DNA of 59,567 bases, filler included, from Sphacelaria rigidula (lineage: Eukaryota), in NCBI GenBank assembly GCA_964200075.2. It is 7 parts of 7 records of this genome, joined end to end, with 100 filler letters (N's around TTAATTAATTAA, not from the genome) between each part and the next. Parts side by side here need not be neighbours in the genome. Positions count along the whole stretch, not along the records: positions 34,099 to 42,521 come from CAXNAA020011187.1; positions 42,622 to 51,044 come from CAXNAA020011188.1; 5 more parts are not named here. One strand, given 5' to 3'. Positions within the stretch are counted from its first letter, which is position 1. Each line of letters starts with the position of its first letter. Shown one piece after another: positions 37,901 through 50,362 of the stretch. A program made the translations under genes and the position numbers. The notes under the pieces are model-generated. The model searched no databases. It was not told where the DNA came from and saw only the letters and a program-made list of their open reading frames with translations.

Positions 37901-40743
37901 TATACGGATGATGAGAGCATGCGTCACGGTACTGCTCAATCTCCTTCTCTCGCCTAACTGTTTTGTGTCAGGTGGGCACCAAGATCATCAACCCCAAGGG
38001 GCTCAACCCATCCGGCGGTGTGTACCCCGATGAGATCTACGCCAACTTCCCCGTCATGCTCCGCAGGTTGTCGTACATCTACGTAGTCCTGGCAGCCATC
38101 GGCTCCATGGCAATCAAAGCTCCCCCGGCGGCGGACAGCGTTAAAGAAGTAAGGTTCGGCAAGAAGGTGGTGAAAACCCAGGCGGAGGGGCTGTCTCTAG
38201 GGGAAGCCCTCAAGACCAGGAACTTCTGGCTCATGTGGTTCATGGTGCGTTTTTCTTCCACGTTTGATGTTGACATGAGTCAAGTATACCGTCGGGGCAG
38301 GTTTCTGCTGTGCGTGGCAATGTGATGTGGATATACAGTTCTGCAGTAGTAGGACTAACGCCCTGACTTGACGTTTGATATCATGCACTAATCGAGGTTA
38401 CCATGCTGCTCAGGTCATGCCTTTCCTCCCTTGTTCTTGGGGTGTGTGCGTGGCAAGAAGTGCCCGAAGGGTTGTAATGGTTCCTGACTCTACGGAAATT
38501 AGGAAGGCTGCCGTGACACGAAAATACATATGCTTTCCGCATCATCGGCAAAAGCCTGAAACACTGTTGAAATGTTTTTGGCGAAAGTCGGGGACAGGAG
38601 AGGAGTGTTGAGGAGAGGGTGTGTGTCAAAAACAAACACCGTTCCCACTGTTTACATTTGTCACTCTTGAGTTCCCGTACCTGAAATGTTGACGTAGTCA
38701 TTTCTTGCTGCACTCTACTACACACCGTGCGCGGTAGCGCAGGTCGGAAAATACGGATTTGTGGGTCATGCTATAAGTGTACTCCCGTTGTGTCACCAAG
38801 TAGTCTACGTGTTTCTGTTTCTTTCACTTCGAATGGAGCAATGACATCCTCTGTCCGGATACGCGCGTGTGTTGACTCGTGTAAAGAGCGAGAGTTCGCA
38901 GCTGCTACCTGGCTCTGGATAAGGCCGGGGTGGTGCTCACCGTTTCTTCCTCCTTGTCTTTGGGTTGTATCAGCAGGCAAAAACTAAAACGAGTTTGTGT
39001 ATTGGATCACTCGTCCAGAGCTAATGGTACAAAATGATTCGACGTACACACTGTTCCAGGTTGAGCCAATGTGTGAAAAATTTGTTTGAGATCAAAAAGA
39101 GGATGTGTGTGCGACGCCGCAGATGAGATTTGTGCGTTTCTCTGGGTACTATGGCAAGTGCTGACGGGCAGTGTGTTGATAACCCATGTCGTCTTCACGC
39201 CAGGCTGGTGACGTTGATCAGGTAATCTGACGATTCATGGCCAAGAAGCGATTTCGTGACAATCATGTTCTGAGGCGTTTCGTCCCCCCATTCCTCGCCC
39301 TCTATTTTCCCTTACTTCCCGTGTTGCGTGACGTGTCTCTGGAAAACACTTCAGGTACTCATGATCGCTACAAGTGGCATCAACGTGGCAAACAACTACA
39401 AGGCCTTCGGTACCACCGTCAAGGCTCTCCAGGTCAGTCTTGGGAGTACGTTACTTCACACAAGTGGTATTCGTTTATCGCATCTTGACGTGGGAGTACG
39501 CACACCCATGTTCTCTTGCTCCACGCCACAGTTGCTGGTCACATCACATTCCACATCACTGTCGAAGTCATTGGCTCCATTTCATACGCATCAACCACGC
39601 TTATCCGCCTTTCTTGGGCGAAGATAGTCCACCGTACCGCTCACGTCAGCTCGTCAAGATTTGACGATGCCGTCGAGCGTTTTCTGGGCAGATCTCATGA
39701 GAGATACGGACGGTATCTCCGCACGGGGCTGTTGCCACCGTGAAGTGTCAAATAATTTACGGTGCACACTTGGGTTTTTGTGTTTCGGAGTTCCATGGCT
39801 CGCCAAAGTGTTTCCCCGAGCATGCGGGTCCGCCACTGGAGGCGTGAGGTAATATGCGTGTTTTTTGTTTGTTCCTTGTCTGGATACTTCCTCTGCCCCA
39901 CAAGTAAAGTCCGTTATGGAGGATAGGCCGTACCTCACCAACGGAGGTGCTCACGATGTTATGGTGGGGATTGTTGTGACTAGATAGTTGTGGAGATGGG
40001 CAACGGAAAAAACAACAAAAAAACCCAACCTTCAACCCTAGAATCGTTGGGTCAAACATGGTCGAATTTCGACCAAACTCCGTCCAAGCCATACATTTTC
40101 GGCCGAATTTCGACGAATTCGGCTTGTTTTGAAGTAAGTGAAGGCTGCAATGTAAACGAGTGGTTTCGGACTAGGCGTAGCTATCGTATACCAGCGATAA
40201 ACCAGAGAAAAAGAGCTAGGTATGCTTTTTTTCGCGATTTTTGCCGTTTTTCGGGCTCCCAATAGGTTCTCTGTGTTTTGGAAAAGGGGCGAAATATAGC
40301 CATTTCTGGGCCGACTGATCATTAATCGGCCGTTCGCGCACGCTGGCTGCTGCGCAAAAAAAAAGAAAAAAAGACGCGATTCAACTAAAAAAACGCTGAA
40401 GAATTCAAAAATATATCGCCTACGGCATTGGACACGGTTAAGGGTCCGTGTGATCATAACGGATTTTACTTGTGGGACAGGAAGTACTGCAACTCATGTT
40501 CCCGTCAACTATTCGAGCCGCGAATATCGAATGTGTAGGCTTTGGTGGACGATTGACATTCGACTTGGTTCTTCATGTGCTTCACGTTAAATCTTTTGTA
40601 TTTTTTTCGAACAGTCGGACCAGTTCCAGTCTATAGTCGGGTCTATGGCCGCTCTTTGCAACGGCGCCGGGCGGCTGTTTTGGGGCAACATGCTGGATGT
40701 GTTTGGTTTCAAGAGCATGTTCTCCACCTTGGCCGCCATCCAG
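34961..40743 (+). CDS. MFS transporter, oxalate:formate antiporter (OFA)-like, partial; exons 34961-35090, 37306-37536, 37972-38244, 39355-39432, 40615-40743
   Basis: In-phase splicing gives multiple TM helices with LFGAGVGLAYTAPMVNGWKWFPDKKGLVSGAVVAGFGSGGFVF, EALKTRNFWLMWF, NYKAFG and ALCNGAGRLFWGNMLDVFGFK. These are hallmarks of OFA/MCT-like MFS proteins. Confidence 0.92.
39887..40484. mobile_element. Stowaway/Tc1-mariner-type MITE in an MFS-gene intron
   Basis: TIRs cttcctctgccccacaagtaaagtccgttatg / cataacggattttacttgtgggacaggaag; TA on both sides. Confidence 0.8.
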
Positions 40744-41219
40744 GTACGCGTGGCATTCCTCATTTTGGTAGTTTCGTATTGTGTTGCGTTGATTACAAGT
40801 GTCTCCATCCCGCATCCCATGTCGCGCACTTCTGCTCTTGTTGTTCTCACTTCCAACTCCTCCGCTCCTTCCCGCTCCTTCCCGCTCATTCCCGCTTATC
40901 GGGATGAGTCCGTGGTCTCAAGGTCCGTGGTCTCAAGGGATCTGAAGTGATGGATCCATTTTTCCCCGGGTACACGCTTCACGTTTTGGGATCAGTTTGG
41001 ATCAGCACTCTCACACCGCATGAACTGTCGTCTGACAAGATCAGCCGAGCATATTCTATTTTGCTGCTCGCGTCCTCACGCTTTCAGCTACAGAAATCAA
41101 ATCTTTGTCTGAAAAATGTCATACTCGACGCACCTGGTAAGCATCGAGCCCGTGCCATCCCCACCCGGATGGTGTCGTTTGTACCCTTTATCCGTCGGGA
41201 CGCTACTCAAAATGATATA

Positions 41220-41820
41220 CTTCCTCTGTTCCATAAGTCTGGGAACTTACGGGCATTTGATCATTTGGGTGTTCAAACGTTGACGATCATCCTTTTGTTG
41301 GGTTCGTTGGAAAAGATAAATTGCAAACGAAGCTGAGGCAAAAATAAAAATAAAGAGTCAGTTATCTACATTAAAATAGTGTCCAAATATACCCATTCCG
41401 ACCCTTTTTGATCCATTTATACCCCATCATTGATCGATTTTGGACGTTTTCACGTCGAGCACTAGCAGCTACATGCTGACAAAACGTTGGATGTGGCGTG
41501 CGTAGGTTGTCGTCACGGGCATGTCCAACATCAACGGTGGTTTCGCGATTTTCACAGTTTCTGGACCATTTTTCGCGATTTTTCGTGTTCTCGGGTCTCT
41601 CATGCTTTCCTGGGAAAACGAGCGAAAAACGGCCGGTTTTTTACCGACCTACTTTTTCTCGGCCGTGCGGTTGCATGGGTCAAGCACCCACGTTATAGAA
41701 ACAATGGCGGTTTTAGGTAAAAAAAACGCCGACGAATGCAATATCAAGATTGAAGATAAAATATCACACCGTTAACGTCTCGTACAACCATAAGTTCCCA
41801 GACTTACGGGACAGAGGAAG
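41220..41820. mobile_element. Stowaway/Tc1-mariner-type MITE
   Basis: TIRs cttcctctgttccataagtctgggaactta / taagttcccagacttacgggacagaggaag; TA on both sides. Confidence 0.83.
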
Positions 41821-43324
41821 TAGTACCTTGTGTACTGCTAGCATGAAGAATCACGTTCGCAGTTTGCGCACCGAAGCGCACAGCTGGATACATGTTTTCG
41901 AGGTACCCCCTGTGCACGATGCCAATGCCTCTAGCACTCGGCTTCTTCCACGTTTTCAGCACCCGACCTTCCTCGATGTTGTGGATCCAGTTCCACACTC
42001 GAGGGTGTTTTCGAAGTTTCCGACACCTGAACATTCCATGTCCAACGCGTCTTTCCCATCTGCCCAGCCGGCGAAACTCATCAGTATGTGTTCGTTCGTT
42101 GTATGCTCCTGCCGTGATTCATTTTGCGTATGCTGTTGAGACAGGTCAAATTATGCTCACCTGTCACGCCGCATCATTCTTTGCTTGGTACAACAGCGGA
42201 TATGTTTCTGGTTTGTGTTTCTTGCTCCCGTTCCTGATTCCTCGTTGATGCTTTTTATTTACCCTAACTTTCTCCCCTGCCTTCGCATCAGGGTGATGCA
42301 CAAGAGGTTCTACTAAATTTTGGACTCTTTTTCTGAGGTTTTATCTCTGATATTCGTGACAACGTATCGTATTGGAAAATTTTATTCGCATCCTTCGCTC
42401 CCGCTCCACCTTCCCCCTTCATGTGCTCCCACTTCCCCCCCTTGCTATTGGTTAGTGGTTAGACACCCATGAGGCAGTATATAAGCCGTGGCTCTCTGGA
42501 AGTGGCGATAGCACAAAATAANNNNNNNNNNNNNNNNNNNNNNNNNNNNNNNNNNNNNNNNNNNNTTAATTAATTAANNNNNNNNNNNNNNNNNNNNNNN
42601 NNNNNNNNNNNNNNNNNNNNNAAACGAAAATAGGCCATCCGCAGAAAATGCTAGACTAAGGTCTGTGCAGTATAGGAGGGAAACACGGTCTAGATCGTTA
42701 TTGTGAAGAATTTTATACGTATTCATTTATCTGAATATTCACCGTTCCGTCGCTGAAGAGCGGGAGAACTGATTATATTGGACCAGAAACGGTCAATTAC
42801 ACCCTCCTGATAAACGGGGTATCAAGTCCGTTCCACCCCAAAAACACCAACTTGGGCACTGCAGTTTGAGCGCGGCCTACGCTTTCTCCCTAAATCTACC
42901 GGCGCCAGCACTTTCAAGTATATTGAAGAATAGTACTCCAGAAAAACTAAAAAAATAGAACAACTACGAATTCTGAAAACTTCTGATGCTGGGTGACTAC
43001 TATAGCGAGTACTTCCCCCCATTTTCCTCAGTCTAGCTATTGATGCCATAATTGCGCGGATATAGTCATCATAGCTGTGGTAAGATTTATTTGCCCGATA
43101 TACTGATCAATGTGGTTATAACCATGGTATGTCCGGCCCTGACCCATGCTGTATCTCCCCTGTTGGGATGACATATTTACCCCAGCTCTCTTGTTCTGCG
43201 GTACTCCTGCCTAGCAGGATATGGCGGCAGTCCACTACTAGAAGCCCCTGTACCATTGATCGACCAATCGCCTCCGACTACCACAACATCGATCAATGGA
43301 TTTATTTGATTATTTTCTGCGCAG

Positions 43325-46300
43325 ACAATATACAAAATGATGCTGACAGACCAAAAGGAAAACCTGCACCAGATTTGTGCCGCGTGGTACGAGAGACACT
43401 ACACGAACAACGCGATCTACACCAGCGTCATCATGCACCACTGGATGCGCTCCAGCAACACCCGAAAGAAGGCAAGATTGTTTGCAATCCGGAGTGAACA
43501 CGGGGTAGACCAGGCGTGGATATGTTCGTTAGTGCTCTGTCTTACCCATTCGCTGGGATTCATCTCATACCACCTGTAGCGGTCGTAGTATCTGTCTATG
43601 TGCTCGTAGAGGTACTGAGGCCAGCTCCTCCGGTTTCCAGGAGAAACTCGAAGACGAGGTCCAGGTCTCCCGTCGTGGCACCCGTAGCCGTTGCGCCCCG
43701 CCAAGGCGGGTACACTGTACTGCTGGTGGCTTTGTCCCCCCTCCTGGGGGGGCCGCCTGATACTGAACGATACATATGGACACAAATAGATGATAACGAA
43801 AGTGGAACATTCTCGCTGTTATTTTTTCCTTCGTCTGACTGGACGATTTTTCAGGTGGACTGCCATCTACAGGCGGCTGCGAAGGCTCAGGAGACCTTCG
43901 ACAGCGAAGAGGTGACTTTTGTGTTGTTAGAATTTGTGGACTATTTTAAAGGGACAATGAGTTTTGACGATGTCGATCGATTGATCATCTCACATCACCT
44001 GATCCCCGATGGATCCAGTTGTAGTCATCATCCACAAGATAGATGTACCCAAGCTAAACAAAACAGAGACACTCGCGGAAGGAAACCTGGAAAGTGGGGA
44101 GAGGGAAGGAAAGTATGGAACAGGAAGAGTGGACTCAATCCGAACGAGGGACATAATGAAAAGGAAAGGAAAGGAAAGGAAAAGGAAGGAGAAGAACAAG
44201 AGAGCAAAGACGGTCCCGATCAAACCGATCAACGAGAGATGTCCCGGCCCGGCGGTATGGCTTCGGGTAAACACGCCATGCAAAGGTAGGTATGCATTCT
44301 TCCATGTCGTGAAGCCCGCCACTTTGAATACTTCACAGGGGGTCAAGAATACGACAATCGAGGGGATTACAAAGTATGCAACATGTGAGTGATCGGTCAA
44401 ACACGGGCACTCAGGAGCAAGCTCGCAATACTACACGGGGTGTCGACCTTTTAAATGTACAGTAGTGGGCGGTCTTACTATTCATGTTTTGACCTTTTGT
44501 GATTTTTTCGTAATTGGCTATTTTCTTCGGCTCTTTTCACTTGCCACCGCTTATCACATTGGGGATGTGAAGATATTTGTATCCGCTGCACATTCTAAGG
44601 AAAAAAACATCTATACTCAATATTGAGTGACTTACGGTCTGAAAGGTCATCGGGGGTCCTGCCACGTTTCAGCCCAGATTCTTCCTCTTTGGTATTTCCG
44701 GTCAATCGAGCCTGTCCCGATCATATCGGTGAAAAAATGTACCGTATTATTTTTTCAAATTCTACCTACTCATTGCACTAGAGCCGAAAAACCGTGTTTT
44801 TCGATCATTAACACTCTCCTGATAAACGAGATATTTACTCGTATCGCCCGATAACACAAACTCACACTGACTTGGGCACTATGTTTCGAAAATGATACTG
44901 TTTATTGTACCAAAATCTACCGATGCTAGCAATTTCGAGTTCTATCGAAGAGTAGTACGCGAGGAAAACCCCAAAACATGGTTAGACCGCCCACTACTGC
45001 ATATTTTCATATACGTGGCGTTATTTCAGGTCGCTACAAGGGTGGTCGCTGGTGCACATTGTCCGCATGTTGGAGCGCCCCTATGTTATGATACGTTTTG
45101 AATGAGTTCAGTGATGTACGGACAGCGCGAATCGGGTTGTCAGTGCACCCGTTTTCGCGTCGTGTAACCGTTGTAAGCCCGCCTCTCTCCTGAAGCATCC
45201 GTTTTGCAACCTGTTTCATGCTCTACTCCTACTGTTTAATTTGCCGATAACCTAACGATGTTCCAAAACGCGGAAAATGTCTACTAGCGGCCACCCTTAT
45301 ATTTCCTTAACCTATTTCCCTACCTTGACTTGCGCCTCCTCCCTATGGGACCACTTCCGCTCCGCTGTCAGTGAAGCTCCACTGCATACTAAACGTTATC
45401 ATAGCACCACGAAAAGCACAACTGATGCTTCGGGTACAGTACACCGTCGGGTTTCTTGAAGTACACAGATCTCAAGACATGACCGTCTATCTGGTTGTCC
45501 ATATGGGAGTCGGACATATTTCTGGGATATCCGCAAGGGATATCCACATGTGATGTTTACGTCCATGTGGGACATCTATCTGACCTCTCGCGTACTCTGG
45601 GATATCCATCTAGGACGCCATGTCAATTTAGAACACCTGCCGTGGGTATTGCAGTCCATTCTGGACATTCATCTGGAATAGGGCTATCTGGGATATTTAT
45701 GATGAATCGTCAGCGAACTCGAGTTTGTCCATGATATTCATCTGGGGTACCGCCCTAGGATATCCATCTGGGATATGCGCATCCATCTGGGATGTCTATC
45801 CGAGAGTTAAGATCCATCTTGAATGTCGATCGTAATCTGAGATATCCCAGGGGATAACCGCCGGGATCCGTCTTGGACATCCTCCAGGGATGTTCAACCA
45901 GGAGGTCAGATCTATCTGGAATGTCCATGTGAACCTGGGACATCCCAGGTAGACGTCCACTTGGGATGTGGGTGTCCACCTGGTTCACTCTCTTGGCATA
46001 CATTCCTCGGATTTCATGGTGCTCAGTGAACGTCCATGCGGATTAGGGCCTACTTTTCTTTTCTGGCTCAAAACAAGAAGCTTGCTTTGACTGTCTTCGC
46101 ACCCACTACAAGGTTTCACGTCGAATACCTGCTGCATAAATCGATAACTACGCATGGATCTCATGGACATCCCAGATGGACATCCAGTGCCCAGATGGTA
46201 TCCCAAATAGATACCCATATCTCATCTAGATGTTCCAAATCGATAATATCCCAGAGGGGTGCTGCACAATAAGGCAGACCTCCTGCCCATTGTTAGGCCT

Positions 46301-47139
46301 GATTACCCCCCACCCCTTGATATTAGGATTGTTAGGAAGGGGGTAAAACATATAGCAACTTGTGCCTAAACCTCCCATGGTGAGAACATGAAATGGTTCA
46401 ACATTTAGGCTGACCTTGTATAGATGGAGCAAAGGGTCTTTTTTGGCAGAGTGACAAAAACTGCCATTCTCGAGCAAGGAGGGGGAAAAGCTGGGAGCAT
46501 TTTTTGTTGACCTTATGGGATACTGTAGTACGAGAACCAAGCGAAGGTGAAAAACCAGCAACGGCGAGAAATCCAGGTCTCGATTACTGCTAGCACTCTA
46601 CCGTACGGTACAGCATCACCACACCCAGTGTTGCTACAGCATACTTCGCACTACTGCAATACTACATCGAGGGCATCTCTCTCCTTCGTTACCCCTATTC
46701 TCCCCCAAATCCGCGCGCGTGTAATATTTTACTATATGCTCCACTCAGGTTATTCAGCACATGCTGGCACTGGTCGCAATAGCATTCGGCAAAGATATGG
46801 CTACGGCGGCGGTGATATCTCTAGAGCCGATCTTCGAAGTGACTCCCGCTCTCCTCTCCAGCACATCCACAACATCAAGTATTAACCCCTTGTTGCGAAG
46901 ACGTTCTACGGCTACAAGCAACAAAACAGCGACCAGCGCGGCGGGACCGGGAAACAATACCAACGCGACAAGAAAGGATAGTTCTGGCATAGCCACCGCT
47001 ACCACCACCACGAGCAGCACTAACCCCAGAACATCGATAGCTGAGAGCAACCATAAGTCCCGGCAGGGACAAGGAGACACAGACCGACACGTCATAATCC
47101 ATGCAAAAAGTGCAGCAGCAGCTGCAACAGCCAAGGGAG
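43325..47139 (+). CDS. C-terminal-region fragment of a soluble adenylate cyclase (ADCY10)-like / STAND ATPase-TPR protein; exons 43325-43471 (GC donor), 43855-43911, 46749-47139
   Basis: Spliced TIYKMMLTDQKENLHQICAAWYERHYTNNAIYTSVIMHHWMRSSNTRKK/VDCHLQAAAKAQETFDSEE/VIQHMLALVAIAFG. From memory this resembles the Y..L...R..LH...A...E...HH.......KA..Y...A...A...F...EA pattern of cyclase-associated STAND proteins. No catalytic domain is in view. Confidence 0.62.
43975..44230 (-). mobile_element. (AATC)n-tailed retroposon 3' end
   Basis: gatcgattgatcatctcacatcacctgatccccgatggatccagttgtagtcatcatccacaagatagatgtaccc plus a GAAAG-rich tract. Confidence 0.6.
44460..44999. mobile_element. Tc1/mariner-type MITE
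   Basis: Perfect 16-bp TIR cagtagtgggcggtct / agaccgcccactactg; flanks TA (left) and CA (right). Confidence 0.72.
45437..46264. repeat. Degenerate element rich in GGA(T/C)ATCC/ATCTGGGAT motifs, possibly an old non-autonomous transposon
   Basis: Many ggatatcc, ggacatcc and catctgggat variants lie on both sides of a ~150-bp motif-free centre; weak terminal match cagtacaccgtcggg / cccagaggggtgctg. Confidence 0.55.
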
Positions 47140-48507
47140 GTGAGTGTGTCAACGAAATCGGGGACGGGAGGGGATGGGCGCGATGGTTCTTTGGAGGTCG
47201 AACAAATTCCGCTATTCGACTGGACATTTTACTTTTTCAGATATATTGCAAAACACTGGATACTTGAATTCTTTAAAATTGACGAGCCGACCGTAGGCTG
47301 GTGCATTCAGAGTCATGACAGAACGTGCCAAATGTTGGGCAGCTAGTGATCCTTAGCGACTTGCTACTCTAAAAAACGTCGCCTGTAGACATTACCTTTG
47401 TTTAGTGGCCTGCAGACGATTGCCGAATAGAGAACGTGTAAAACTAGTCGCTTATAGAGGACTAATGGATGGGAACCTGTGCGATTAGTCGCATGTACAC
47501 GACTACTGAATGAGAAACCTGGGCGACTAGTCCTATGTAACTGACTACAGCATGAAAACTTGCGCGACCAGTCGTGTATAAATAACGTTCGCCTGAACAA
47601 GGCATGTGGCATGTCATGTAGCAGCAACCATATATACGAAAACCGCGCAAGCAGACAAGTAGTCGACTAAATCATCGCTCGGGGAACAGTACATTTTCTT
47701 ATCCCCAAATAGATATGCTTCTCGTATTTTCCCCGTGGTATTGAACTTTTATTTCTTCCACCCCAAAAGTCGAGTACGTTACGTTTTCAGAGGCACTTGG
47801 TCATATCGGATCGTTTTTCATGGGATTTTGTCAGCGTTCTACACGCAGTTCGGTCGGGATCCCACAATATGACGCGAATTTGAAACGTCCACCGGACGGT
47901 GCGCGCGAGGCGAAAAACAGACGTCGGCTGGTCAAGGCAGTACCTTGGTGCCATTTTCAAATTTCCAATGATGAATAGAAATGCGATGAAAGAGAATCCA
48001 GAATAGACCGACTATAAGTCGACGTTATTCGCGAAGCATACATCGAAACTGGCTTGTAGTAATTTTTCTACGAATGCCCAAGATCTTAGCGTTCATTCCA
48101 CCTCTTGTAAAGATCGTGGATCCCCAGAGCACTCGCTCGTCACCGCGCCCACCTTGTTGGCCCGATAAAAGATTATAAACGCCATAAAAATCACAACAAT
48201 CATTTTGAGAGCTCACGTAAGACAGCCGCTGAGACCCACACCTTTGCTCGTGGCATTGATCAAACGTTCAGAACCTCGGCTTCCAAATACGATTGGGCTT
48301 GCACAATAGTCACAAAGTTCTTCATTTTAGCGCAAGTATCAGACATTACTCTGACAGACTGGGAGCATAGGGCTAATTTGGGACTACGTCTTTCCCGCAA
48401 ATAGAAACTGAAAACCGATTTCACAAGCACATGTTGATATCACCAACAGCCGGTGAATGGCCTATTTCCTTTTGCTCAGCCGCTGTACGGAGCTAGCAAG
48501 AAACGTT

Positions 48508-49944
48508 CAAGGGCAGGTCGAGTAGAGTATACTCAATACTCAGTATTTTCGAAGAGTCATACTTTTCGTACTCAGATTTTGAGTAGAGTATTTGAAGTCG
48601 TACTCGATCTACTCGAAAATTGAGTAGAGTATTTGAGATCATACTCAATCTACTCAAAATTTGAGTAGAGTACTGAGGCCATACCCAAGTGATACGCAAT
48701 ACCCAAGTATTACTGAGAGTGCTTACTCAATATTTGAGTAGAGTATTTGAAGTCGTACTCGATCTACTCAAAGTTTGAGTAGAGTATTTGGGGCAATACT
48801 CAACCTACTCAAAATTTGAGTAGAGTATTTGGGACCGTACTCGACCTACTCGGAAGGTGAATAGAGTATTGAGGCCATACCTAAGTGATAGTCTATATCC
48901 AAGTATTACTGAGAGTGCTTACTCAAACTTGGAGTAGAGCATTAAGGGTCGTACACGATCTACTCAAAATTTGAGTAGAGTTTTTGAGGCCGTACTCGCT
49001 CTCTACTCAAATTTTGAGTAGAGTTTTTGGGGCCGTACTCGACCTACTCACTTTGAGTAGAGTATTTGAGGCCGTACTCGACACCGTGTACGCATTTCCG
49101 TTGGTCCTGGACACGGGAGCCGCGACTACAACGCGGACCGCCGGAGTCTCTTTTGAGGTCAGGTCTATCACTCCTGAATCCATCGCGCCTTCTCCCATTC
49201 CTTCCTCTGGCGACTGTTCCGATATTTCCACGCCTTGCACTGTTTCACCGCTGACTCTCCCATGGAGGAGTCACATGTGTGGCCAGTAGAGTCGCTTACC
49301 TACTCGACTACCCGTCTACTCGATTACTCAAAGATTACGACTAGCGCTCTGTACTGAAAGTGATGTCGAAGGCATTGCGAGGTGTCGAGTATGTACTGCC
49401 GTGGGTGGGGGCTGGTGAGATGGGGCGCTGTGGCAGGTAGGTTCACTGTTTATTCACCTGCACGCTTTTTCTATGTTTTTTATGACCATCATTCGCTCAT
49501 ACTCCTTGTAGCCTGTACGTGACGCCACCCATCGATTAAGATTGATGGCCATCGTTCGCCCATGTTTTCAACATAGTCTGTGAACTGACGTCACGAAGTC
49601 GCCGACGGTCACGGATACCCACCATACCCAAGTGATACTCTATACTCAAGTATTTCTGAGAGTGCTTCCTCAACATTTGAGTAGAGTATTTGAGGTCGGG
49701 ATCGATCTACTCAGAATATTAGTAGAGTATTTGAGGCCGTACTCGACCTACTCAAAAATTCGAGTAGAGTATTGAGGTCATACTCGAGTGATGCTCTATA
49801 CTCAAGTATTACTGAGAGTGCTTACTCAATATTTGAGTAGAGTATTTGAGGCCATACTCAACCTACCCAGGATATGAGTAGAGTAAATACTCAAGTATTT
49901 TACTCGAGTACTCAAAAGTACACACTCTACTCGATCTGCCTTTG
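48508..49944. mobile_element. Non-autonomous hAT-type DNA transposon with arrays of palindromic subterminal repeats
   Basis: TIRs caagggcaggtcgagtagagt / actctactcgatctgcctttg; 8-bp flanks gaaacgtt / gaatcgtt (1 mismatch); arrays at ~48580-49082 and ~49620-49915. Confidence 0.85.
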
Positions 49945-50295
49945 GAATCGTTCAAGCAGTGCTTCCTCCGATTATTCACGTACATACGCCGATGCCTCAA
50001 GGGTCTGGCTAGACTGTCTTCCGTTGGTCACGTGAGAGAGCCACTCTGGGTATGTGTAGGGCTTTCCCCCATGACCCCCGTGGTAGTTTTTCCCAGCTCG
50101 GCCCAGTGCATGGGGCACCGTACCGGTGCGGACTAAGTCCTTGCAGTGAACCGCTCAAGGGCGTGAAATGTAGGCAATTTCACCTGGTGCCCTTTACATA
50201 TGGGGCAGAGGCACTATATTGACTGTGTATACGTCATGACACCCTTTCGCCAGAAATGGGCTAGTCGAAGATTTTCAAATCCCGGGCGTGGAGGA

Positions 50296-50362
50296 TGGTG
50301 ATGATGATGGTGATGATGACGGTGGTGGTGGTGGTGGTGGTGGTGGTGGTGGTGGTGGTGGT
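50296..50362. repeat. (GAT/GGT)n trinucleotide repeat
   Basis: Mixed gat/ggt units followed by 14 perfect ggt units. Confidence 0.9.

Noticed and set aside
42040..42092. Hammerhead ribozyme core on the minus strand (CTGATGAG...GAAA)
   Set aside because: Stem II pairs poorly and I could not find stems I and III; other CTGATGA hits also failed.
43516..44400. 257-aa and neighbouring ORFs
   Set aside because: Only 43855-43911 looks exonic; the remainder reads through intron and a retroposon purine tract.
48580..49915. CRISPR-like array of palindromic repeats
   Set aside because: Units are contiguous with no unique spacers, lie within TIRs/TSD in eukaryotic DNA, and no cas genes are present.
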